Of a stretch of DNA of 60,413 bases, positions 21,232-31,557 are shown piece by piece. The stretch is taken from the NCBI GenBank assembly GCA_902767245.1, contig CACXGO010000021.1, forward strand, positions 1 through 60,413, given 5' to 3'. Source of the DNA: an uncultured Erysipelotrichaceae bacterium. Its GTDB lineage: Bacteria > Bacillota_I > Bacilli_A > RF39 > UBA660. The first letter of the stretch is position 1. Every line of letters starts with the position of its first letter. The notes beneath the pieces were generated by a model that was not told the DNA's origin, did no database searches, and was given only the letters and a program-made list of their open reading frames with translations. The position numbers and the translations under genes were made by a program.

Positions 21232-21918
21232 ATGTTGAATATTATTAAAAAAATTTTAAGAATTTTCTTACCTAAAAATAACATATATTTTGTTGGAAGT
21301 GCAGATAAATTACCTGGACCTTTATCAAAAGAAGAAGAAACTGCTTATGTTTTAAGAGCAATGGCTAATGATGAAGAAGCTAAAAATAAATTAATTGAAC
21401 ATAATCTAAGATTAGTTGTTTATCTAGCCAAACGTTATGAAACATCAGGATACGATTTAGAAGACTTAGTAAGCATTGGAACAATTGGTTTAATAAAGGG
21501 AATTAATACATATAAACTTGATAAAAATATTAAACTTGCTACCTATGCATCAAGATGTATTGATAATGAAATACTGATGTTTTTAAGAAAAAATAAAAGA
21601 AGAAAAGGGGAAGTATCATTTGAAGATAATTTAAGTTACGATGCTGAAGGTAATGAACTTCATTTAGAAGATATATTAGGGACCGAACCAGATTTAGTGA
21701 CAAAAGGATTAGATGATGAACTAAATTATAATTTATTGCATCAAGAACTAGAAAAATTAAATGATCGTGACAAAAAAATTATTATTTTAAGATATGGCTT
21801 GTTTGGTGAAAAAGAAATGACTCAAAAAGATGTTGCTGAATATTTAAATATAAGTCAATCATATATATCAAGAATTGAAAAAAAAGTGATTAAAAAATTG
21901 AAATCAGTAATAAAATAA
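21232..21918 (+). CDS. sigE: Sporulation sigma factor sigma-E (pro form)
   Basis: Basic amphipathic pro-peptide, DLVSIGTIGLIK, KLATYASRCIDNEILM, ISQSYISR. Confidence 0.93.
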   Translation: MLNIIKKILRIFLPKNNIYFVGSADKLPGPLSKEEETAYVLRAMANDEEAKNKLIEHNLRLVVYLAKRYETSGYDLEDLVSIGTIGLIKGINTYKLDKNIKLATYASRCIDNEILMFLRKNKRRKGEVSFEDNLSYDAEGNELHLEDILGTEPDLVTKGLDDELNYNLLHQELEKLNDRDKKIIILRYGLFGEKEMTQKDVAEYLNISQSYISRIEKKVIKKLKSVIK

Positions 21919-21972
21919 TCTTTAGCTATGAAGATTATTTTCTTTGTGCTAAAATAATTATTGGTGATTTAA

Positions 21973-23793
21973 ATGCTTGATAAAATAAATAATCAAACAG
22001 ATATAAAAAAATTAAATATTGACGAATTAAACGAATTAAGTAAAGAAATAAAAGCATTTATTCTTGAAAGTGTATCAAAAACCGGTGGCCATTTAGCATC
22101 TAATTTAGGTGTTACTGATTTAACTGTGGCTTTATTTAAAGTTTTTGATTTCAATAAAGATAAAATCATATTTGATGTTGGTCATCAATCATATGCATAT
22201 AAAATACTAACCGGAAGAAAAAATGAGTTTAATACTTTAAGAAAACTCAATGGAATTAGTGGCTTCCCTAAAATAGAAGAAAGCAAATATGATTTTTTTA
22301 ATACTGGGCATAGTAGCAATTCAATTTCAGCAGCTTTAGGTTATGCTATAAGTCGCGATTTAAATCATGAAAAATACAATGTTATTGCTTTAATTGGCGA
22401 TGGTTCAATGACTGGTGGTGAAGCTTTTGAAGGCCTTAACAATCTTGGGCATTTAAACACTACAATGTTAGTAATTTTAAATGATAATGGTGAATCCATA
22501 TCAAGTAGTGTAGGTGGCCTAGCTAAAAAACTAAATAATATAAGAATTAATCAAAAATATATAAATTTTAAAAAAGATTTAAAAAAGAAATATAAAAGTA
22601 AAACTATTTTTACTTTACGAAAAATCAAAAATCATATTAAAAACATAATTATTCCAAATAAAATGTTTGAAAGTTTTGGTGTAAAATATATTGGCCCAAT
22701 AAATGGTCATAATATAGCAGAATTAGTGAGCACATTAAATAAAATTAAAAAAATTGATGGACCAGTCTTATTGCATGTAATTACTGAAAAAGGAAACGGT
22801 TATGAATTCGCAACTAAATATCCAAACTTATATCATGGTGTATCATCTTTTAATATTAACGAAAAAATTCAAAAAAATACTAATGATTTTTCAAATTATG
22901 TTGGGCATGAACTTAGTGAATTAAGATCTAATAATGATAGAATTGTAGCAATAACAGCTGCAATGAAAGATGGCGTTGGTTTAAATGAATTTGCAACTAA
23001 ATATCCAAAATCATTCTTTGATGTTGGAATTTGTGAAGAACATGCTGTTTCTTTTGCGGCTGGACTTGCATTAAATAAATATAAACCTTTTGTTTGCATT
23101 TATTCAACTTTTTTAGAGCGTGCATACGATCAAATATTGATTGATGTTTGTATGCAGAAATTAAATGTAATTTTTTTAATTGACCGTGCTGGCTTAGTAG
23201 GCGAGGATGGTGAAACTCACCAAGGAATATTCGATTTGTCATATTTAACGCATATGCCAAACATTGAAATAATTGCGCCAAAATGTGTTGAGGATATTAA
23301 ATTATGCCTTAATTATGCTTTAAACGCCTCAAATCCAGTTGCAATTCGCTACCCCAAAGGATTTTATTCTTCAAAAGAATATGCCTTAAAAACCCTAAAA
23401 ACAGGAAAATGGAGCATAATTCAAAAAGGTAAAAAAATTGCAATTCTGGCAACTGGTAAAATGTTTGAAATTGCAATTAATTTAATAAATGAATTTAAAG
23501 ATATTGAAATAATAGATGCAACTTTCATAAAACCTCTTGACTATGAAACATTAGATAGATTAGCTTCAAAAAATTACAAAATAATTACTTTAGAAGACAA
23601 TCAAATAATTGGTGGTTTTGGATCATTAGTACTTTTATATCTAAATAAAATTGGATATAAAGAAAAAATTGAAATAATTGGATACAACGATACCTTTATA
23701 AAACAAGGAAAAATAAGTGAACTTTATAATAAAGAAAATATTACTTACGAAAACTTAAAAGAAATCATACTAAAACTAAAAAATGTGATATAA
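21973..23793 (+). CDS. dxs: 1-deoxy-D-xylulose-5-phosphate synthase
   Basis: GGHLASNLG, DVGHQSY, GDGSMTGG, DRAGLVGEDGETHQG. Confidence 0.96.
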   Translation: MLDKINNQTDIKKLNIDELNELSKEIKAFILESVSKTGGHLASNLGVTDLTVALFKVFDFNKDKIIFDVGHQSYAYKILTGRKNEFNTLRKLNGISGFPKIEESKYDFFNTGHSSNSISAALGYAISRDLNHEKYNVIALIGDGSMTGGEAFEGLNNLGHLNTTMLVILNDNGESISSSVGGLAKKLNNIRINQKYINFKKDLKKKYKSKTIFTLRKIKNHIKNIIIPNKMFESFGVKYIGPINGHNIAELVSTLNKIKKIDGPVLLHVITEKGNGYEFATKYPNLYHGVSSFNINEKIQKNTNDFSNYVGHELSELRSNNDRIVAITAAMKDGVGLNEFATKYPKSFFDVGICEEHAVSFAAGLALNKYKPFVCIYSTFLERAYDQILIDVCMQKLNVIFLIDRAGLVGEDGETHQGIFDLSYLTHMPNIEIIAPKCVEDIKLCLNYALNASNPVAIRYPKGFYSSKEYALKTLKTGKWSIIQKGKKIAILATGKMFEIAINLINEFKDIEIIDATFIKPLDYETLDRLASKNYKIITLEDNQIIGGFGSLVLLYLNKIGYKEKIEIIGYNDTFIKQGKISELYNKENITYENLKEIILKLKNVI

Positions 23794-23812
23794 TTATAAA
23801 ATGAGGTGCGTT

Positions 23813-25108
23813 ATGAAGAAAAAAAACATTTTTAAAAGAAACTTTATTATAATAAGTGCCGTTTTTATTCTTGGACTAATATTTGCATTTGGTTCAAGAT
23901 TAATTCACTTTTATTTAAAAGAAAACAAAAAAATAAATGAAGAAGGCGAAGTTATTACTACTAATTATTTTTCTGATATTATAGAAAATACAATCAACGT
24001 TTCTGATGTTAATGGTGGGCTTTATTTAGATGGTGATGACTTTGTTTATAAATATGCTGCAAATGAAAATTATTTATGGTATTCTGGTCAAATGTGGCGC
24101 ATTATGAAATTAAATGCCGATAAATCATTAACTATAATTACTGATGAAGCAATTAGTTTAATGCAACCAAAATATGAAGAAAATAATTATATTAACAATT
24201 TTTTAGACGATTTTTATAACAAATTAGATCAAGAATATTTGCAAGAATTTGAGTATTGTAATGATCAAATTATAGATATTAAGAAAATAACTTGTAAAAA
24301 CAAGCAAAAAGGATTTGTATCTTTACTAGATATGTATAATTACAACAAAGCTGGTAATATTAAAAGCTATTTAAACAATAAAACAACTTTTTGGCTTAAT
24401 AATACTGATGAAAATAATAACTATTGGTACATTGATGATTCTGGTGCCGTTGGAATTGGAACTGAAAATGTAGCTCATTATGTAAGACCAATTGTTAATA
24501 TTAAAAGTAATATTAATGTTGTAAGTGGCGATGGTACAAAAGAAAATCCATACATAATTAAAAATTTGGAAAAAGAAAAAATCAGTAAAATTTTAACAGG
24601 TGAATATATTAAATATAATAACTCATTATGGCGAGTTTTAAATATTGGCGAAAGCGTAAAAGCAATAAAAGTTGAATGCCTTAAAAATGAAGAAGAATGT
24701 TTAAATCATAAATTTGGTTATAATATTACTTATTTAAACAGTTCAATTTATAGATATTTAAATGAAACTTATTTTAATTCTTTAGATAATAAAGAGTTTT
24801 TGGTAAAAGATAAATTTTATGTTGGTTCTTATACTGATTATAGTTTAGACTCATTAAAAGAAAAAGAAGTAGAAGCTTATATAGGCCTTCCTAAAATAGG
24901 TGAATACTATAACTTTAGTAATTTAAATAGTTATTTAATAACCCCGAATACTATTGAAACTGTTTATACAATAAATGATATGGGAAATTATTATTTAGTA
25001 AAACCAACAACTGAAAAAAATATTTATCCAATTTTAAACTTTGATATAAATTTACTTATTGTAAATGGAAATGGAACAATGGAAAAACCATTTGAATTAG
25101 GTAGGTGA
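23813..25108 (+). CDS. Membrane-anchored protein with two internal repeat domains (DUF6273-like)
   Basis: N-terminal TM; duplicated module Y..Y....WRI/V ... RP/YP.... G.GT.E.P(Y/F). Confidence 0.6.
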   Translation: MKKKNIFKRNFIIISAVFILGLIFAFGSRLIHFYLKENKKINEEGEVITTNYFSDIIENTINVSDVNGGLYLDGDDFVYKYAANENYLWYSGQMWRIMKLNADKSLTIITDEAISLMQPKYEENNYINNFLDDFYNKLDQEYLQEFEYCNDQIIDIKKITCKNKQKGFVSLLDMYNYNKAGNIKSYLNNKTTFWLNNTDENNNYWYIDDSGAVGIGTENVAHYVRPIVNIKSNINVVSGDGTKENPYIIKNLEKEKISKILTGEYIKYNNSLWRVLNIGESVKAIKVECLKNEEECLNHKFGYNITYLNSSIYRYLNETYFNSLDNKEFLVKDKFYVGSYTDYSLDSLKEKEVEAYIGLPKIGEYYNFSNLNSYLITPNTIETVYTINDMGNYYLVKPTTEKNIYPILNFDINLLIVNGNGTMEKPFELGR

Positions 25109-26187
25109 TGTTAGTGACAAATGAAGAAGAAATATTAATTATTGAAGAAGATAATAAAAACAGAAAGAAAAATAAAAAAGGCAAAAAAATCAACCGTTGG
25201 TTTTATATTTTTATTATCTTAGATGTTTTGGCTATTGCTGCTTTATTTGTTATCTACGGACCTTGGAGTGGTTTTAGAGATTTTTGGATTACTTCAGCAA
25301 TGACAACAATGACTCATCACTATTTAGCAGAAACATTTTATTCAGATGAAGTAATAAAAGATGTTATCAATAAAAACTTTGTTGAAAATATTGACGCAAC
25401 AACTGATGCAAGTGAAATTACTTTTTCAGATGGAAAAGATACAGGAATATATGAATCTGAATATGAAGAACAAATCTTAAAAAGAGATGAAGGAAATGAT
25501 TTATATAAAGTATTTGATATAACTGTCAATCGCTCAAAAGCACATATAGCTGTTATATATGATCCATCAAGAATCACATACACCGTTTCATCTAAAATAA
25601 ATAATCGTGGGCAACAATTAATTGATATAGCAAGAGAACAAGAGGCAGTTGTTGCAATAAATGCTTCTGCTTTTGCACGAATTGGATCTGGAGGAAGAAA
25701 ACTTGTTCCCAATGGAATAACTATTAAAGAAGGTAGAATTTTGCAAAATGGAGTAGTTGCTTCAAAATACGGAATAATTGGCTTTAACAATGATAATGTC
25801 CTAGTTTTGATGAAAGGTACAGCTGAAGAAGCAATTGCAGCAGGAATTCGTGATGCAATGACATTTGGACCATTTTTATATGTTAATGGAGTTCCGGCAA
25901 AAATAAATGGTAATGGAGGATGGGGTGTCGCCCCACGAACTGTTATTGCTCAAAGAAAAGACGGAATAGCATTCTTTATCGTTTTTGATGGTCGTAGTGC
26001 TGGTGGTTTAGGTGCAAGTATGAACGATTTAATTGAAGTTCTAACTCGTTATAAGGCTTATAATGCTGCTAATTTAGATGGTGGTGGCTCATCAACTCTT
26101 GTTGTAAACAATAAAGTTATAAACGAAACTGGTGGATGGGGCTATACTGGTGATAGATACCTACCAGATGCTTGGATAGTAAAATAG
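25105..26187 (+). CDS. Phosphodiester glycosidase (NAGPA/EpsL-like) family protein
   Basis: AINAS.F, PRTVIAQ..DG, DGR, ANLDGGGSS; single TM. Confidence 0.88.
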   Translation: MMLVTNEEEILIIEEDNKNRKKNKKGKKINRWFYIFIILDVLAIAALFVIYGPWSGFRDFWITSAMTTMTHHYLAETFYSDEVIKDVINKNFVENIDATTDASEITFSDGKDTGIYESEYEEQILKRDEGNDLYKVFDITVNRSKAHIAVIYDPSRITYTVSSKINNRGQQLIDIAREQEAVVAINASAFARIGSGGRKLVPNGITIKEGRILQNGVVASKYGIIGFNNDNVLVLMKGTAEEAIAAGIRDAMTFGPFLYVNGVPAKINGNGGWGVAPRTVIAQRKDGIAFFIVFDGRSAGGLGASMNDLIEVLTRYKAYNAANLDGGGSSTLVVNNKVINETGGWGYTGDRYLPDAWIVK

Positions 26188-26188
26188 T

Positions 26189-26239
26189 GAATAAAAAAAT
26201 CTTTTTTCGCTCAAAATAAAGCGAAAGGAGATTTTTTTA
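26189..26239 (+). promoter_or_regulatory. sigG sigma-F/G-type promoter and RBS-occluding hairpin
   Basis: GAATA-N15-GCTCAAAATA; TAAAAAAATCTTTTTTCGCT pairs with AGCGAAAGGAGATTTTTTTA, covering the SD. Confidence 0.7.
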
Positions 26240-27019
26240 GTGGCACGTCACAAAGTAGAAATTGCGAACGTGAATACTGCGGACTTAAAAGTTTTATCAC
26301 ATAAAGAAATGATTAAACTTTTTAAAAAATTAAAAACTGGAGATAAAACTGTAAAAGAAGAATTAATCAACGGAAACTTAAAATTGGTTTTATCAATATT
26401 AAAAAAGTATACTAATAGAACAGATAACATGGATGACTTATTTCAAGTTGGTTGTATTGGTCTTATAAAAGCTATTGATAATTTTGATTTAAAACATGAA
26501 GTAAAATTTTCGACTTATGCTGTTCCTATGATATTAGGAGAAATAAAGCGTTATATAAGAGATAATAACAGTAGCATACGAATATCAAGAAGCATTAAAG
26601 ATCTTGCATATAAAGCGTTAAAGGCGAAAGAATTTTTGACCAATAAATACAATCGTGAAATAAATCTAAAAGAACTAGCAGAATATATGAAAATTGATGA
26701 AACTGAAATAAATGAAGCTTTTGAAGCCATGTATGATACTATAAGTATATTTGAACCAATTTTTAACGATGGGGGAGAAACAATATATTTATGTGATCAA
26801 TTAAGTGATAAAAAAAATTCATTATACCCACTTGATGATCATATTGCCTTAAATGATGCCTTAAAAAAATTAAAACCTAAAGAAAGATATATTATTAATG
26901 AAAGATATATATATGGTAAAACCCAAATGGAATTAGCTGAAGAAATTGGAATTTCGCAAGCTCAAATATCAAGACTCGAAAAAAATGGAATTGAAACCTT
27001 AAAAAAAATAATAAAATAA
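26240..27019 (+). CDS. sigG: Forespore sigma factor sigma-G
   Basis: GTG start, KVEIANVNT N-terminus, DDLFQVGCIGL, FSTYAVPMI.GEI.RY.RDN, GKTQME.A.EIGISQAQ. Confidence 0.93.
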   Translation: MARHKVEIANVNTADLKVLSHKEMIKLFKKLKTGDKTVKEELINGNLKLVLSILKKYTNRTDNMDDLFQVGCIGLIKAIDNFDLKHEVKFSTYAVPMILGEIKRYIRDNNSSIRISRSIKDLAYKALKAKEFLTNKYNREINLKELAEYMKIDETEINEAFEAMYDTISIFEPIFNDGGETIYLCDQLSDKKNSLYPLDDHIALNDALKKLKPKERYIINERYIYGKTQMELAEEIGISQAQISRLEKNGIETLKKIIK

Positions 27020-27035
27020 AAGTAAACTCTAAAGT

Positions 27036-28013
27036 TTACTTTTTATTTATCAAAAATGTCAATAATTTGTTTTTATCACAATTATTAAAAATAATATCAT
27101 ATATTAAATCAATAATTGGCATTTCAACTTTCTTATTTTTCAAAAGCTTATGAATTGATTTTAAAGTATATAATCCTTCAATTGTAGTGTTATTTATATA
27201 ATTATCGATTTCTTTTTTACTTAGACCACTACCTATCATATAACCAAAAGTAAAATTACGGCTTTTTTTACTTGTACAGGTAAGTAAAATATCACCAAAA
27301 CCAGCAAAAGATAAAATTGTTTTTTTAGAACCACCTAATGCTTTAATCAAGTTTTTTATATCATTTAATGACTCAGTAATAAACATTGCTTGAGTAGATT
27401 CAGGCATATTCATACCGGCTAAAATACCTGAGGCAATTGCAATGATATTTTTGACTGAACCACATATTTCAATACCTAAAATGTCGGTTGTTGATCTTAA
27501 TTTTAATGTATCATTTTGAAGTGTTTTCTTTAAGATATTTAATGTTTCTTTATTTTTGGTACCTAAACTAAGTCCAATTGGGACATTAGCAGCAATATCA
27601 ACTGCAAAAGATGGACCAGAAATGATAGCTAGTTTATTCGTTTTAATATATTTTTTAAAAACATCAGTTACAAATAAGCAAGTATCTTGTTCAATTCCTT
27701 TTGAACCAATACAAACATGCTGATCTTTTTTTATAATGCTTTTTAATTCTTTTGAAACATCATCAACAAAACCAGCAGGAACAGTAATTAAAATTAGTTT
27801 AGCTTCCTCAATTGCTTCTTTCATATTTGTTGTATATTTAAAATTTGAAGGAAGAATAACTCCTTTTAAAGAAATCTTATGCTCATGAAACTTTTCAAGC
27901 ATTTTTCTTTCTTCTTCAAACTTTGTCCATATAGTGACATCAATATTATTTTTATTAAACATCATTGCTAATGATAAACCATATGCACCTGAACCTAAGA
28001 TTGCTACTTTCAT
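27036..28013 (-). CDS. gpsA: NAD(P)H-dependent glycerol-3-phosphate dehydrogenase
   Basis: GSGAYG, SKGIE, SGPSFA, KNIIAI, GDILLTC.S..SRN. Confidence 0.94.
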   Translation of the reverse strand: MKVAILGSGAYGLSLAMMFNKNNIDVTIWTKFEEERKMLEKFHEHKISLKGVILPSNFKYTTNMKEAIEEAKLILITVPAGFVDDVSKELKSIIKKDQHVCIGSKGIEQDTCLFVTDVFKKYIKTNKLAIISGPSFAVDIAANVPIGLSLGTKNKETLNILKKTLQNDTLKLRSTTDILGIEICGSVKNIIAIASGILAGMNMPESTQAMFITESLNDIKNLIKALGGSKKTILSFAGFGDILLTCTSKKSRNFTFGYMIGSGLSKKEIDNYINNTTIEGLYTLKSIHKLLKNKKVEMPIIDLIYDIIFNNCDKNKLLTFLINKK

Positions 28014-28090
28014 ATTATCACCAATATTATTTTACCATTTATATGTAATTATTAAAATACTTTTTCATATAATTGAGTAGGTGATTTATT

Positions 28091-28318
28091 ATGCGATTAT
28101 CAGATTTACAAAATAAAGATGTAATAAATGTAAAAGATGGTAAAAAAATAGGAAATATTATTGATATAATTATAAATTTGGAAGGTAAGATGCAAAGCAT
28201 TGTTGTTGAGCAAACAAAAGGAATGAGAGTTTTTACAAGTAAAGAAGATATTGAAATCACATGGCAACAAATTGAAAAAATAGGGGAAGATGTAATTTTA
28301 GTAAAATTAACTATTTAA
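28091..28318 (+). CDS. ylmC: YlmC/YmxH PRC-barrel sporulation protein
   Basis: MRLSDL..KDVIN..DG, W..I.KIG.DVILV; CATATAAT (sigma-E-like -10) at 28066. Confidence 0.88.
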   Translation: MRLSDLQNKDVINVKDGKKIGNIIDIIINLEGKMQSIVVEQTKGMRVFTSKEDIEITWQQIEKIGEDVILVKLTI

Positions 28319-28319
28319 A

Positions 28320-29126
28320 ATGGAAATAATTAAAATAATAATCTACGGAATTATTGAAGGTATTACTGAATGGTTACCAATAAGCAGTACTGGCCATTTA
28401 ATAATTTTTGAACACTTATTAAATCTTCCTTTTAATGAAAATTTTATGAACACATTTCGAGTTATTATTCAATTTGGTGCAATTTTAGCAGTAATATTCA
28501 TTTATTTCAAAAAAATATGGCCATTTTCTAATAAAGGAAAATTTTTTATTGATGAAGATATTATAAAAATGTGGTTTAAAATACTAGTAGCATGTATCCC
28601 TGCAACAATAATTGGACTATTTTTTGATAATTTTTTTGAAAAATTATTCTATAATTATATTTCAGTTGCATTCGCTTTAATTATTGTTGGAATTATTTTT
28701 GTTATTATTGAAAATAAAAATTTTAACACAAATATTTATAGTATTAATGAAATAAATTATAATATGGCTTTAATTATTGGAATTTGTCAAGCAATAGCAG
28801 CTATTTTCCCTGGGGTTTCAAGATCAGGCGCAACAATAATTGGTGCAATAGTTTTAGGTGTTTCAAGAGAAATTGCTGCGGAATTCACCTTTTTTATGGC
28901 AATTCCTGTAATGTTTGGAGCAAGCCTATTAAAATTAATCAATTTTGGTTTTAATTTTGATAAAAAAGAAATAATTGCATTTATAATTGGATTAATTGTA
29001 TCTTTTCTTACTTCAATTGTGGCAATTAAATTTTTAATTAATTTTATTAAGAAACACGATTTTAAAGTTTTTGGTTATTATCGAATATTAATTGGATTAA
29101 TTATTTTATTACTTTTTATCATATAA
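28320..29126 (+). CDS. uppP: Undecaprenyl-diphosphatase BacA
   Basis: EGITEWLPISSTGH, PGVSRSGATI. Confidence 0.95.
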   Translation: MEIIKIIIYGIIEGITEWLPISSTGHLIIFEHLLNLPFNENFMNTFRVIIQFGAILAVIFIYFKKIWPFSNKGKFFIDEDIIKMWFKILVACIPATIIGLFFDNFFEKLFYNYISVAFALIIVGIIFVIIENKNFNTNIYSINEINYNMALIIGICQAIAAIFPGVSRSGATIIGAIVLGVSREIAAEFTFFMAIPVMFGASLLKLINFGFNFDKKEIIAFIIGLIVSFLTSIVAIKFLINFIKKHDFKVFGYYRILIGLIILLLFII

Positions 29127-29147
29127 AAAAAGCAACAAATTGCTTTT

Positions 29148-30875
29148 TTATTGCGATGTAATAATTACATTATATGTTTTACCTTGTGTTACTTTTGTTC
29201 CATCTTTTACCTGACTATTTTCATGAATATAACCAGCACGAGGATAAGTATTACTTTTTTTATAACTAAAAACAAAATTAACATCAGGATAGTTTTTTGC
29301 AAAATATGTTTTTAAGGTGTTAGCTGTCGCACTAGCATTGCCTAAAGTTAATTGTGATTCAAATATTTGAACCGTAAATGTTTTAGCAGTTCCTTTACTT
29401 AATGTAATAATAAGTGATGTTCCACTTATAACACTAGAACCAGCTTTCTTGTTTTGGCTTACAGCAACATCCTTTGATGTAGTAGAGTATGAGCCATATG
29501 TAAATGAACAAGAAAGTCCTATATTTTTACATGAAGATGTTATTTCCGACTTTGATTTACCAACATAGTTTGGAATTGTTACCGCTTTTCCGTTAGAAAT
29601 AGTTACAATAATAGGAACATTTTCATCTATTAAATCATTAGGAGATAAGGAGAATTTAATAATATTACCTTTGCTAACATTATTATTAAACTCATATTCT
29701 TCTTCATATTTAACATTATATGTATTGGCCCATTTTCTAAATTCACTTAATGATTTAAATGAAAGCATTTTTAATGCACCTTTAGAAGTAGTAACTTTTA
29801 CCAGTGTTCCTTCAGATATTTCTTCATTTTCTTTATAGTTTGCGCTAATTACTTTTCCTGCTTCAATTTTATTGTTATAGGCATCAGTTAATTCAATTTT
29901 TAAATTATTATCTGTAATCCATTTAATTACTTCAGAAATAGTCATTTTAGTTAAATCTGGAACTAAAATTTTATTTCCTTTTGAAACAGTTAAAATAACT
30001 TTAGTATCAAAAGGTTTAATAATCTCGTTTTCTTTTACAGATTGAGAAATAACAACATCTTTGTTTTCATTACTAAAATCATATTTGATTTCATAATTAA
30101 TACCATTTTGTTCTAAATATAGAGTAGCATCAAAAATATTTTTACCAACTAATGAAATCATAGTAATTTCTGATAGTTCACTTTTTTTACCTAATGAAAC
30201 AACAATTTTTACTTCTTCATTTCTTCTAATTTCACCACTTACACTTTGAGTTAAAACAATTCCTTTTTGATTATAATCATTTACTTCATAATCAATTTTA
30301 ACATTATTTAAATGTAAATCAGTAATATCATTTAAAAGTAAACTTATATCTTGCCCAACATATGAAGAAAGTACCACAGTTTTATCATAATTAATACCAT
30401 TAGAAATAGTTACGTTTAATTTTTCAATTTCTTTGACATCAATATTAAATTGATCTTGAGCAAAAATATTATTTTCTTTAAATGAATCACTGAACTCATA
30501 GGTTTGCACTAATTCAACTTTATTTTTAGAAGCCCATTCAACTGCTTCACTAATATTTTTGCCTATAAAATTAGGTACCAAATTTTCAGTTCTTGCTACT
30601 GTTTTTCCAGTATTAATAAGAAAAAAAGTACCAATTCCAAATACCAAAACCATTACTGAATTCAAAATATTAAACTCTGATTTTTTCGATCCAATTCTAA
30701 TTTGATTTATAACTGCTAGAATGGAAGTCATAACTAAAAGCCCAATAATTAAAGCAAGAAGCTTAAAATTTGAAAAATTTCTTTTATAAAGAACAATATA
30801 TACTGCAAAAGCCAAAACTAATACAAGTACAACTATTGATATAATTAAACCATAATTCTTTTTTCCTTTATTCAT
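29148..30875 (-). CDS. Multi-PASTA-domain membrane protein with no catalytic domain
   Basis: Three N-terminal TMs, then about 6 PASTA repeats (VPNFIGK, LSSYVGQ, MISLVGK, VPDLTKM, MLSFKSL, IPNYVGK). Confidence 0.85.
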   Translation of the reverse strand: MNKGKKNYGLIISIVVLVLVLAFAVYIVLYKRNFSNFKLLALIIGLLVMTSILAVINQIRIGSKKSEFNILNSVMVLVFGIGTFFLINTGKTVARTENLVPNFIGKNISEAVEWASKNKVELVQTYEFSDSFKENNIFAQDQFNIDVKEIEKLNVTISNGINYDKTVVLSSYVGQDISLLLNDITDLHLNNVKIDYEVNDYNQKGIVLTQSVSGEIRRNEEVKIVVSLGKKSELSEITMISLVGKNIFDATLYLEQNGINYEIKYDFSNENKDVVISQSVKENEIIKPFDTKVILTVSKGNKILVPDLTKMTISEVIKWITDNNLKIELTDAYNNKIEAGKVISANYKENEEISEGTLVKVTTSKGALKMLSFKSLSEFRKWANTYNVKYEEEYEFNNNVSKGNIIKFSLSPNDLIDENVPIIVTISNGKAVTIPNYVGKSKSEITSSCKNIGLSCSFTYGSYSTTSKDVAVSQNKKAGSSVISGTSLIITLSKGTAKTFTVQIFESQLTLGNASATANTLKTYFAKNYPDVNFVFSYKKSNTYPRAGYIHENSQVKDGTKVTQGKTYNVIITSQ

Positions 30876-30982
30876 ATCATCACCAATCTAATTATATCTT
30901 ATTTTCGTTAAAATAAAAAGATTTATATAAAATATTGTAAATAAAACTTTATTTTTTGAATATATTATAATAAGTTGTCAAT

Positions 30983-31011
30983 TTGACAATCTATTGAATT
31001 TTTGATAAAAT
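30983..31011 (+). promoter_or_regulatory. Consensus sigma-A promoter for the OLE RNA
   Basis: TTGACA-N17-TAAAAT with extended -10 TG; predicted start ~31017-31021. Confidence 0.8.
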
Positions 31012-31020
31012 TTACTTTGT

Positions 31021-31557
31021 TAGTGGCACATTATTCTAGTCACTTCTAATTGTTATGGAGACGGGGCTAAAAATCCGTTGAAGAGCATATATTTCACCTT
31101 TTGGTTTTTGCTTCTTACGCCCAGTTTGGGGTGATAGCTGAAAGGAATGAATTATTGGGCTCTCATAATGGCATATGAGCAAGTTCCAATAATTTGAACG
31201 TCTATTTTATAGACAAAACCTACTAGGTGGCGAATAGTTGCGAGTAGTGTAGCTTGTCTTGAGTGAATGTTGGGGATAATTAGCAACATTTTAAATATAT
31301 GCGGCCACATATATTTAATCTACAAATTTGAAACAGCCTTTGCAAAAAAGAATAAGTAACAATTAAGTGTTTGAGGAAAACTCCTAGGAATGTGTATAGG
31401 TAAGGATTGCAGTGCGAACTAAGTGGTAATCAAGTCATATAGATGGAAACACTATATTAAGTTTTTTAAAGGGGAACCGCTTTTGGGTAACTGAAAGTAA
31501 AACTTAGAGAAATTCTACTTGACCTATGTCGCAAAGTTTACTTCTTATACGCCATTA
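31021..31557 (+). ncRNA. ole: OLE (ornate, large, extremophilic) RNA
   Basis: ORF-free, relatively GC-rich, highly paired: TAGTGGC/GCCATTA closing stem and CACTTCTAATTGTTA/TAACAATTAAGTG; OLE-like motifs TTCTAGTCA, CGGGGCTAAAAATCCG, GAGGAAAACTCCTAG, GGATTGCAGTG..ACTAAGTGGTAATC, GGGGAACCGC; directly upstream of oapA. Confidence 0.9.

Noticed and set aside
31021-31557. RNase P RNA, tmRNA, T-box or self-splicing intron as the identity of the structured gap
   Set aside because: Lacks their hallmark motifs; OLE-like motifs plus the adjacent oapA fit better
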